Shown here one piece after another: positions 38,898 through 48,500 of a DNA stretch of 64,000 nt. This DNA is from a virus: positions 102,784 through 166,783 of the IMG/VR virus record IMGVR_UViG_3300005681_000033, one strand, 5' to 3'. The notes beneath the pieces were generated by a model. That model had not been told where the DNA came from. It searched no databases and saw nothing but the letters and a program-made list of their open reading frames with translations. Position numbers and translations under genes: made by a program. Every line of letters starts with the position of its first letter. Position 1 is the first letter of the stretch.

Positions 38898-39329
38898 CTA
38901 TAATTGGCCTACTACGCCAATGTTTAAAACTAAGTCCTTGTTTGCAGGAACATCGGCATTCTTGCCAATGCTTCCGATCATAATAATCCAATCCCCAGAT
39001 ACAAAACCATCAACCCCAATACTTGGTTTAGTAGTGGTTAAACCACCTGTTTTACTAACAAAAACTGGGTCACCAAAGCTGCCAGTGATTGTGATGTTGG
39101 TTAGTCGACCACTTGTAAATACCGGCCCTAATGACAAATTGGCAATTGCAGTCCCTGTAACCGCATTGACTGCAAAAGCATGAGATTCATCAGAAACATC
39201 AATAAAATCGATATCGCCTGTACTTGTAGACCTTACAGGTGTAGCCTTGGCCATCAAAGAACCAGAGACATTTTGTCTTTGGTCCGAAATACCAACCGCA
39301 GTGATAGTATCGTATGGTCTGTAAGTCAC
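38898..39329 (-). CDS. Capsid-cement/decoration-like virion protein
   Basis: G.V.T.G...GDPVFVS.TGGLTTTKP pattern. Confidence 0.5.
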   Translation of the reverse strand: MTYRPYDTITAVGISDQRQNVSGSLMAKATPVRSTSTGDIDFIDVSDESHAFAVNAVTGTAIANLSLGPVFTSGRLTNITITGSFGDPVFVSKTGGLTTTKPSIGVDGFVSGDWIIMIGSIGKNADVPANKDLVLNIGVVGQL

Positions 39330-39976
39330 AAAACTTCCTTAAATTTAAAAATATAGCCCTTATGAGTCTTTATTTTTCCAAGTAGACAAGAATTCACGCT
39401 CTTATCTTTTAAATTCAATTCTTCTGCACACAATCTTTGATTTTTATAAACACCAATATATTTAGTTTCCAATATTATAAAATTTTTAGACCTGCAATTA
39501 CCAATTGACTTAATTATCCTAAATACCTCAAAAGATTTTGACCCATGTCCATTAGAAATATTATTTCTTCTTTTAAGATTATGTTTTTTATTTTTTAATG
39601 ATTTTGAAATATTGGCTTTCCATTCATTTGTGAGATTGTATTTTTTTCTACTATCTTTCATTTTCTCAATAGTGTGTTTTGAATGCCTAATTCCTTTAAA
39701 ACCAGACTCACCACCAGCAGAAACGTTATATCCAAATTTTTTATCTTGCAATTGCCATTTGTCAATTAGTTTTTTCTCCATATGTAAACATGTGTCTTTG
39801 CTTGCATTTTTAATTAAATATTTAAATGTGCAATTATTCCATCCATGTTTCTTAATGGCCCTTCCTACCACAGTATGCTTGTGGCCTTTAGAATGATATT
39901 GTTTTCTTTGACCATCGTTTGACTCAACACCAACGTATTTTTTATTATTAGGAAAAACAATGCAATATAAATTCAT
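39326..39976 (-). mobile_element. GIY-YIG homing endonuclease with NUMOD-like repeats
   Basis: NLY...KKYVG, RAIKKHG, GYN..AGG, HSKHTIEKM, CL.GK.KTHKGY.FK. Confidence 0.85.
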
Positions 39977-39978
39977 AA

Positions 39979-42759
39979 TTAATATATAAACCAATTACCA
40001 GCAACAGCTGCAACAGTGATAGATTCGTATTGAGTGGTAATCGCTTTTGGAGCCGCATCAATGTCAACACCATCTAATGTTTGACCAAATACAGATTTTA
40101 AGAAGAATGTGTTACCAGCGTCAATTTTCTTTAAATAAAAAATCTTACCCTCAGAAGATGTAGCGTCTGGAAGAGTGATTGTTACGTTTGAACCAGCATT
40201 CAAGACATTAACAATGTCGTTTGCATCTGTAATAGAAACTGATGAGCTAGTTGTTAAGACATTTGCAGCAGAAACACCAGCATTGGCATTGATTGTAATA
40301 CTATCGGTGTCTTGAGAAATACTAACGTTTGTTCCAGCCTTGATTCTGCGGAATTGTAATTGCGTTCCAACTGTTTGTTTGAAAACATCAGCATCCTCAG
40401 CAGCACCTAAATTTACACCAGATGCAGAGCCTGAACCTGAACCACCACCATTAGCAGCAAATTTACGGAATTCAAGTACATCATCAATCTCTAATTGAAA
40501 TGTAAATTGCACTTCAGAAGATGGATCACCAGAAGTTCCAACTTCAGTATAATCTTTTCCAACAACAAGTGTAATACCACCAAGAGAAATGATTAGATCA
40601 GATCTTCCAACGATATAAGTTTCTTGCACATCAGAAATTCGACTATTTAATGGAATAAGTACGTTTGTACCAGCGGTTACTGGACCTGTCATTTCATTAT
40701 CGTCAGCTGGAGCACCAGAAACGATAGTGATAATTTCAGAATATGGATCAATATCTAAAGAATCTTGTACACTACCAACAGCTTCATCTAAACGCTTAAT
40801 TGATTTTGTTAGATTTTCTTCATCAACAATAACACGATTAAATGAACCAATACCTTCTTGAGTTGTGTTAATTGAAAAACCAACACCCATATCCACATCA
40901 GCAGCATTTGTAGATACGCCAAGTTGTGAATTGTTAACAGCAACGGTACCGTTTAAGTTATCAGTGATGTCAAATTCAGAATACCCAGCTAAAACAGCCG
41001 CATATTTAGCAGCCACTTGTAGATTTGTATCTGTACTTAACAAAGCAACTTCAATTTCTTCCAAACCACCTGGATATGGATTTCCACCAGCGCCGTCAAT
41101 ATTAGCCCATACATAAAACTTTCTAACATCTAAAGCAGAGTTAATTGTCCAGTATTGGCCAGATGTTAAAGCAGAAGCTGCAGGGAACGTGACTGTTCTT
41201 TCTTCAGCCAATCCAGTTACCAAAGCATTGGTATAGTCAGGTTTACTAGAAACTTCAGTTGGAGCACCGATATATTCAAGTGTCTCTAATGAAGCTCCAT
41301 CAGAAATTTCTCGGTCTTCACCTTGTTGTAACTCACCACCAGATGAACCGCGAATGTAAGCGCGAGCTGTTGAACCACCGTTATCATTACGCAATAAAAT
41401 CCAATATGTATCTTCGTTAAAAGGCACATCTTTACGATCGGCGATTTGCAAATGACGATTTGTTGTTGGAACTGCTACAACTTGATAGAATCCATAAGCA
41501 TATTTCGCTTGAACCCCACCGGAGCCGGTAGAAGTTTCAAGGAAGTTTTCGCTCAATGTAACTTGAGAGGCTGTATCAACTGACAATACTTTATAATATT
41601 TAGTATCGTCTTCAGATCCGACTTTGATAAAGTCTCCAGCTAAGATATCATTGGTCCAAGAAACTGCACCAACAGATGTAACAACCGCAGAACCTTGTGT
41701 AAAAATCAAATTTGGAATGACGTCGACGCCACGAACAAGGTTTAGGTATGCTACTTCATTGTCGGCCAATGTTACATTGGTACCGGCTGCGTAGGCTTCT
41801 AATTTATAACTTAAACGTGAACCAATGTAGTCAAAGAAAATATCACTTGACCAATTGATTTGACCAGCTGTTGCTAATGCATGTGTCCACTTACCACTTC
41901 CAGTCATTTGGAGTTGTGACAAGTCACCGCGCAATTTAATAATTGAACCACCAGAATTGTCTGAATACCAATAAGTTGTACCCTTGATTTCAAGGATAGC
42001 GGACATTACTGCATCAGCCCATTCTTTAAATTGCTGAATCTGCTTATCTCCACCCTTAAAAGGCGATACAGCAGATGAAGATTTCCAGAAGTTTTCTGTT
42101 CTTCCTTCAGTGTCATGGTCCCATGGATATTTGTAGAAAGGGTTTGGTGTGTTTGGTCCACCAGTTCCAAGTCTGAATAACATTGGACGTCGATCTTCAA
42201 CACTAAGAACATTATTTGAAGAGTCGGTCTCAACGATAGAGATTGGAAGTACGTTCGCAGCCCAGATAGAAGATGTAACTACGATACGATAGTTTAAGGT
42301 TTCAGCCAAAGGTACAGTTTTAGAGATTTCATTTTTGTTTGTTGGATTCCACAAGAATACTTGAGCTGAAGTTGAATTATCAACAGCTCGATTAAATTCG
42401 ATACCGATATAATTCAATGCGCTTGGTGTGAATGAACCCTGAACATTTGGATTTGTAGTTGAGTTGATTGTTTGATTGGCCTCACCAGAAGGCACCATAA
42501 AGAAAGTTCCAGCTTGTGAAGACTTTCCATGCATAAGGGCGCTATTTTCAACGATCATTTGAAGGCTGGATGCAGAAGAGCCAATTGCACCGACCATATT
42601 TAGGGTAAAACCACGAATAATATAAGAAGCATCTTCACCGATAGCAAACGATGCTAAAAGTTCATCAAAGTCATTACGTACAGCTGATTCAATCGAACGT
42701 AAATGAGGAACGTCCACACGTTGTTGATTAAGCCAGTTTTGCGATCTTCTAACTGCCAT
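39979..42759 (-). CDS. Large virion structural protein (tail/baseplate)
   Basis: 926-aa beta-rich ORF heading a structural operon. Confidence 0.65.
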   Translation of the reverse strand: MAVRRSQNWLNQQRVDVPHLRSIESAVRNDFDELLASFAIGEDASYIIRGFTLNMVGAIGSSASSLQMIVENSALMHGKSSQAGTFFMVPSGEANQTINSTTNPNVQGSFTPSALNYIGIEFNRAVDNSTSAQVFLWNPTNKNEISKTVPLAETLNYRIVVTSSIWAANVLPISIVETDSSNNVLSVEDRRPMLFRLGTGGPNTPNPFYKYPWDHDTEGRTENFWKSSSAVSPFKGGDKQIQQFKEWADAVMSAILEIKGTTYWYSDNSGGSIIKLRGDLSQLQMTGSGKWTHALATAGQINWSSDIFFDYIGSRLSYKLEAYAAGTNVTLADNEVAYLNLVRGVDVIPNLIFTQGSAVVTSVGAVSWTNDILAGDFIKVGSEDDTKYYKVLSVDTASQVTLSENFLETSTGSGGVQAKYAYGFYQVVAVPTTNRHLQIADRKDVPFNEDTYWILLRNDNGGSTARAYIRGSSGGELQQGEDREISDGASLETLEYIGAPTEVSSKPDYTNALVTGLAEERTVTFPAASALTSGQYWTINSALDVRKFYVWANIDGAGGNPYPGGLEEIEVALLSTDTNLQVAAKYAAVLAGYSEFDITDNLNGTVAVNNSQLGVSTNAADVDMGVGFSINTTQEGIGSFNRVIVDEENLTKSIKRLDEAVGSVQDSLDIDPYSEIITIVSGAPADDNEMTGPVTAGTNVLIPLNSRISDVQETYIVGRSDLIISLGGITLVVGKDYTEVGTSGDPSSEVQFTFQLEIDDVLEFRKFAANGGGSGSGSASGVNLGAAEDADVFKQTVGTQLQFRRIKAGTNVSISQDTDSITINANAGVSAANVLTTSSSVSITDANDIVNVLNAGSNVTITLPDATSSEGKIFYLKKIDAGNTFFLKSVFGQTLDGVDIDAAPKAITTQYESITVAAVAGNWFIY

Positions 42760-42830
42760 TTTTATTTCCTTCGACTCACCGTTTTAAGTCCATTTAATTC
42801 GATTTGAGATAAATAAACATAGGGAGGATA

Positions 42831-42873
42831 CCTTAAAGATTGTCATTAAGTACTAGTTATACCTAAAGATTGT
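42831..42873 (-). promoter_or_regulatory. Tandem putative late promoters ACAATCTTTA(A/G)G
   Basis: Two copies (42831-42843, 42862-42873) upstream of 42759. Confidence 0.6.
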
Positions 42874-42881
42874 AGTTTTTC

Positions 42882-42910
42882 TTGTGTTTTCGAGTTTTTT
42901 ATGTTAAGAT
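42882..42910 (+). promoter_or_regulatory. sigma70-type promoter
   Basis: TTGTGT-17nt-TAAGAT with TG extension, before GAGGT RBS. Confidence 0.55.
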
Positions 42911-42949
42911 GAGATAAAAGTTTAAAAAACTTAATAAAATGAGGTATTT

Positions 42950-43177
42950 ATGACAGTTGGAGAGTTAAAAAAGAAATTAGCTGATGTTCCAGACAATACT
43001 GTAGTTATGTTGACAACAGCTTGGTATACAACAACCGTACCCGGATACGAAAAAATTGTTAGACCACCAAGAAAAGCTAAAAAAAGACTCGTTAAGCCAT
43101 ACAACAGTAATTTTGTTGCTCAATCACGACCCAAAAAAGACCAGGAAGCAACTATCGCCTTCGTTATTGAGGATTAA
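42950..43177 (+). CDS. Hypothetical protein
   Basis: MTVGELKKKL..VPD start; RBS. Confidence 0.7.
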   Translation: MTVGELKKKLADVPDNTVVMLTTAWYTTTVPGYEKIVRPPRKAKKRLVKPYNSNFVAQSRPKKDQEATIAFVIED

Positions 43178-43495
43178 ATGAGCAAAATCATCATTGACCC
43201 AACTGATTATCTCGAAGAAGACGATGGATGGCTATTATTAGCCAGAAGAACTTTCAACGATCGAACCTTATTGTGTTGGTACAACGGATTGACTGAAGAG
43301 TATAACATTGCCCTATTTCATCTATTAGAAAGACCAAACTTGTTAAGTCAAAGAGCTAAAGAAAGTCGATGGGGATGGATGACCCATTTTGTACAAAATC
43401 TAAATCAACTTGAGGCAACCGAAGTTGCCAATCTATATATGAAAGATTTAGAAAACGACAATATTTGGTGGGAAAAAGGTCCGTCTACCCACTAA
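43178..43495 (+). CDS. Hypothetical protein
   Basis: Abuts upstream stop; GAGGA RBS. Confidence 0.6.
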   Translation: MSKIIIDPTDYLEEDDGWLLLARRTFNDRTLLCWYNGLTEEYNIALFHLLERPNLLSQRAKESRWGWMTHFVQNLNQLEATEVANLYMKDLENDNIWWEKGPSTH

Positions 43496-43913
43496 TATCT
43501 AGTGGATTGTATGGAATAATACCCTTAAATTGGAAAGATACAGAAACAACGCCTTTAGCAACAATTGTTGTTGATTCGCTTGTGACTTTCATTTGTGGCA
43601 AGAAAAAAAGATCAGAGTCTGACTTCCTATCTTTCAATCTCAACGAAACATATGGAGCATGTAAGATTTCTGTGATTTTGGTTCTTAAATCATAAGCTTG
43701 AAGTCCACCAACCATTTTAATCTGCATACCCGTAACAGTTCCTTGAACTGTCACTCGACCTGGAGCAATTTCTTGGGCAAATTGAGAATCGATCCCAAAA
43801 ATTTCTTGTTCACCATAATCAATTGCATATCGAATGCTTGTTACTTCAGCATACAATTTACCACCGACATACATTTTTACTTCTGCACCTTTTAAAACTA
43901 CTGATTGACTCAT
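43485..43913 (-). CDS. Tail-tube-like protein
   Basis: 142-aa beta protein; I.GID....EI.PG...V.G pattern; in baseplate operon. Confidence 0.55.
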   Translation of the reverse strand: MSQSVVLKGAEVKMYVGGKLYAEVTSIRYAIDYGEQEIFGIDSQFAQEIAPGRVTVQGTVTGMQIKMVGGLQAYDLRTKITEILHAPYVSLRLKDRKSDSDLFFLPQMKVTSESTTIVAKGVVSVSFQFKGIIPYNPLDISG

Positions 43914-45529
43914 ACAGGATCACTACCCCAAATATCATATTTTTCTGAGTTGACCTCGTCACCCCATTTACCAAGACCGATGTCCTCAGGATATAAGATT
44001 GTAATAACAACATTAATCCCCGTTGCAGCGACCAAATTAATTAATTCTTCCGCATAAATACGCCCAGAAACGATATCTGTGATGTAAAAAGGAAAATCTG
44101 TACCATCTTTATCAGGCTCAAAAGCATAACCCTGTGACACAAGTGAAATATTTGTTCCAGACGGATGAATGTTTTCAAATCTATACGATGGGTCAACAAC
44201 AATAGTTCCAGCAGATGGTCTAGCGATATATGGAACCGGTCCTTCTTCATTGGATGTACCAAAAGCAAAGATCAACTCACCTGGTGTATCTGGAATATCA
44301 GAAGCATTATCAACTTGAATAATCATTGATGAATTTGAATTGATTTCTTGAAGGGTATTACACTCTTCTCCACCAATTAAATAACCCTTAGAGGTATCAA
44401 AGGCATAGGGACCTTCGTTACCCTCACCAGATGGACCTGAATCGTGCAAATGAGCTGAACCTGGTCTATCACGACGAACAACCTTAGTTGTGGCAGGAAT
44501 AAAGATCTCAAGCAATCGAGATTCTGTTTGATAAAGAGTTGCGTAGTTCTTTTTGCTAACAATTGTACTTCGAACTGGATTGAAAAATAACATTCCCTCG
44601 ATAGTACCCTGAAGTGTAGTTTGGGCCACGCCGTTTGGATTTTCAAATTCAAAATAAGCTTGGTTTACAAGACCACCTTGAACTTTTGTTACTGTAAATG
44701 TACCACGATTATTAATATTAAAAGCAGTACCATAAATATTGACATAGTCATTTTTCTTAACCTTACCAATTGAAGGGTCTGGTCCACCGGTCCAAGTAGC
44801 TCTAACAGAACCACCAGCAATCAAAGAAAGTGTCCATTGTGTAGCAGGTTGTCCAGAAGTAGGTCTAATAGAATCAAATTTCAATTTATTTTGTGCCTTA
44901 CCACCGGTTACACGAACTGAAGATGCAGGTCCATCAGTTTCAGAGATAATCTGAACATAACCACCAACCCCATCGTCTTTTGCGACAGCAGCACCCGTTC
45001 TACCCAAACGTCTGATTTCTTTTGTAATTGCATCTGCCACTTCTTGAGCGGTTGCAGCTGCAATGGAAGAAAATTGTGCAGTTTTAAAAGTAACTTCAAC
45101 ATCTTCTTGATCATCATACTGAATTGTTAAAGTGTCGCCGTCTTGTAAAGCATAAGGCTCTAGTGCAGCGGAAACGACAGTTGCGCGTGTAAACTCTTCA
45201 CCGTAAATAATACGGAGGATATTCATCATTAAATCACGAACTTGTTTACGATTGGAAACTTCAATACCAATTTCACGAAAAACTTCGTCTGAAAGACCAA
45301 CGTTATCAGGGCGTGTGATATCCCTATCAGCCATACGCTGATCCAGATAACGACCTTGAGCCTTAACAATGTAAAGCTGGTCATTGACAGCTTCTACGTT
45401 ATTAACTAAATGAGCGCCGCCTGTAGAAAGAGCATCCAAAACAGCATTTGTGTTTTTACCCTGTATACTAGGATTAAGATATGCCCTTAATCTCGCTTTG
45501 GCTGCGGCTCTGTCATCAGCTTCACTCAT
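43910..45529 (-). CDS. Baseplate wedge protein
   Basis: A.GRYLD...R...LSDEVFR motif; immediately follows baseplate J. Confidence 0.65.
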   Translation of the reverse strand: MSEADDRAAAKARLRAYLNPSIQGKNTNAVLDALSTGGAHLVNNVEAVNDQLYIVKAQGRYLDQRMADRDITRPDNVGLSDEVFREIGIEVSNRKQVRDLMMNILRIIYGEEFTRATVVSAALEPYALQDGDTLTIQYDDQEDVEVTFKTAQFSSIAAATAQEVADAITKEIRRLGRTGAAVAKDDGVGGYVQIISETDGPASSVRVTGGKAQNKLKFDSIRPTSGQPATQWTLSLIAGGSVRATWTGGPDPSIGKVKKNDYVNIYGTAFNINNRGTFTVTKVQGGLVNQAYFEFENPNGVAQTTLQGTIEGMLFFNPVRSTIVSKKNYATLYQTESRLLEIFIPATTKVVRRDRPGSAHLHDSGPSGEGNEGPYAFDTSKGYLIGGEECNTLQEINSNSSMIIQVDNASDIPDTPGELIFAFGTSNEEGPVPYIARPSAGTIVVDPSYRFENIHPSGTNISLVSQGYAFEPDKDGTDFPFYITDIVSGRIYAEELINLVAATGINVVITILYPEDIGLGKWGDEVNSEKYDIWGSDPV

Positions 45530-45532
45530 TGA

Positions 45533-48500
45533 TTACTCCACTTTACTTACTTGAATATCATTTACGATATCAAGAACAAAAGGTTTCTCCGCTGGATTGA
45601 CCACAATAATATCATTTAATGGGTCATAAGTAGGAGAACTAATAGAAATTGCAATAGTTCCAGGGATGCTGTTTACAGTTGAAATAATATCAGAAATAGC
45701 GATTGACTCACCGATTCCAGTTGAGTTGATCAATGCTGCAATGTTATTTCTAACTTGCTCTGTGATACGACTAAAAGGTATACCTGTTTGTACACGCACG
45801 TTGATGGAAACAGTAATTCTTCGAACCAATGGTGGTTTGATAAAGATTTCAGCACCAGCAGCTGCAACACCAGGATAAGTTACATTATCTCGTGGGTCAC
45901 CGTAGACAATCTTATTTGACTGAGCAATCAATCCAATGTGATGCTTGTAAGAGTCAAAACCAGAAATTGTAGTTTCAGAGAAACCCAACTTACCTTGAGA
46001 AGTCAACAATGTACTTGCAGCTTCATTGATTTTTACATACTCTTCGTTAGAATCAAATAATAACAACACTCTGTTTGTGTTTGCCGGGTCAACGGCTTTA
46101 CTAAATACTTTTTTGTATCCAGAATAAGGAATTCCCTCTTCAACATAGACTTGAACAAATAAGTTATTTAATTGAACAGAAGATTGAGCTGTTAAAATAC
46201 CACTTACAATTGCTTTAGTTTTAGAAAGAACTTCAACAATATTGTGAGTTCCAAGATTACCTGCATTTAATACATTACCAGAGATAACGAATGTGTCACC
46301 AGCTCTTGTGTTTTCATATGGACTGTAAACCATTGACGGAATATGAGCCTCTAATACATTACCACCAATACCACTTACAGTGATGTTAGACTGAGCAACT
46401 GCTTTAGCATTTGCTACTTTAATATAATTAGAACCAACCTCAGTGATCATAAAATCACCCTGATTGTTAGCAGCGAAAGCCGTTCCCACTGTTAAAATAT
46501 CACCCATTTTAGCATTTGAAAGTGTTGGTGTGGTACCAGTACCATCATAAGTGATGACCATATCACCACTTACTGTAACATCAAACTGTGTAGTGTTATC
46601 AAAACCTAATGATCTTAAATTAGAAGCAACTACAACTCGCTCTTCAACTGCAAATTCATTTTCAATATAGATACTATTTTCATATCTACGAATAACTCTG
46701 AACATACCTTGATTTAGATTGCTAAATGGAGCACCAATTTCTAAAGTATCACCTTCTTTAATTTCTGTAGTGATTGTGATTGCGCCTGCAGCGATAGAAG
46801 TTGCGCCTGCACTCAATCCATCTGGATTATCAACTGCGATCGTTAAACCATCGTCAGAAACACCAACAACAACAAAATTACCGTTGTTTTCAGCATCTGC
46901 AAAGCCAGAGATTGTAGCGATATCACCAGGCTGAACTTCAGAGAAGTTTCTAGAGCCAGAAGTTCTAGTATATTCTGTATACTGTGTGTCAGAATTGAAA
47001 GTAACCGACATGTTTCCACCACCAGCATCGTTAAACTCTACTGATTTTTGGAATACTGGACTTCCACCAGTTACATTATCCCAAGAGATATTAACGAGAG
47101 AGCCGTGTTTTTCAACGTGGAAAGCGCGTGAGCGATCGCGGAACATATTTCTAGGCTGACCGAAATAACGATCAGCAACCTCTCTGTTTGCAAGAGAAAT
47201 AGAAGAAACGTTAGCTGTAGGGTCATTTGGCACAATAGTCACTTGAGTAGTGAAACTAATTCCTGTAGATTTTTGTTGTAAGTTAGAAGCTTGTACCTTT
47301 AACCATTGTCCAACAGCCAAACCTGCAGAAGCAGCTTTTGAAATACTAGATTGCATCAAATCTGTGTTTGGAATCAAACTAGATGTTCCAAGAACTTGGG
47401 CTTGAGATACATTACCACGTCCACCAGACATTTTAACAGAACCAGAAGAACCTAAAATTTGAGTTGCAAGTTGTAAAATCTCTCCTCTATCAACAACTGA
47501 AACCTCACCAAGAGTAGTGAAACCAGTCACAGCCAATACTGATAAGAATTCAGATAATTGCTCGATAGTTGTAGGAATAAGTCTTAATTCTTCGCCATTG
47601 TTAAATGCATAAGCCGCGATAGAATTAGTGTCGTAACTTGGCAAGTCAAGTGTCTTTTTCAGAACAAATTGAGGATTCGGAGCAGAATTTCCCAGTGTAG
47701 AAGATGAAATCCAATTCATACCATCTAGCATATAGATAGCATCTGCATCGGAAGCAAAATCATTGTCTTCCCAAGTTGAATGGTCGATGACACCAGCACC
47801 TGTGGTTCCATTGTCATTAACAATTTCAGCTGTAATCCAATTAATTAAGTTTGCGGTAACGTAATCAACAACTTCTTGAGCTGTTGTATCATCGTTTTCA
47901 TACATACTAATTGTGTTTGTAGTCAGAGTAGCAATGTTATTTTCCGCTAGAGCTGCACCATTTGGTCTACGAACTGTAAATGATGTAGAAGTAGCAAAAG
48001 ATACTCTAAAAGTACCTTGATTTGCAGCACTAAACTCACCATTGCCATTAATAGTTACATAATGGCCAGGAGCAAGAGTTGGCATGGTTGGGTTTGTACC
48101 ATTTCCATTCCAAGTATAAGAAACTTCATCCACACCTGCAACAGGAGTGTTAGGGGTAACCGTCACATCCCATTCTGTAGTTCCATCGATCGTATTAACA
48201 ACTGGAGCACCAGATTTTAAACCAATTTTAACATTGACATCTTCACCAACCAAAACGGAGTGTGAAATATCTTGATTTGCAGCTGTTGGATATACATATC
48301 CTACGCGATATTTTTCACCACCAACACCCCAGATAGCAGATCTATAAAGAATAGCATCTTCATCTGTCATAGACTGAGGGTCCAAAACATTTTTAGCTTT
48401 CATCATTGCTTTGTAATTTTTGAAGCTGAAAGATGAGCCAAAGAATTGTGAGAATTGGGTAGTAGCGCCTGCATCTACGTCATAAGCACGAAATTGATTC

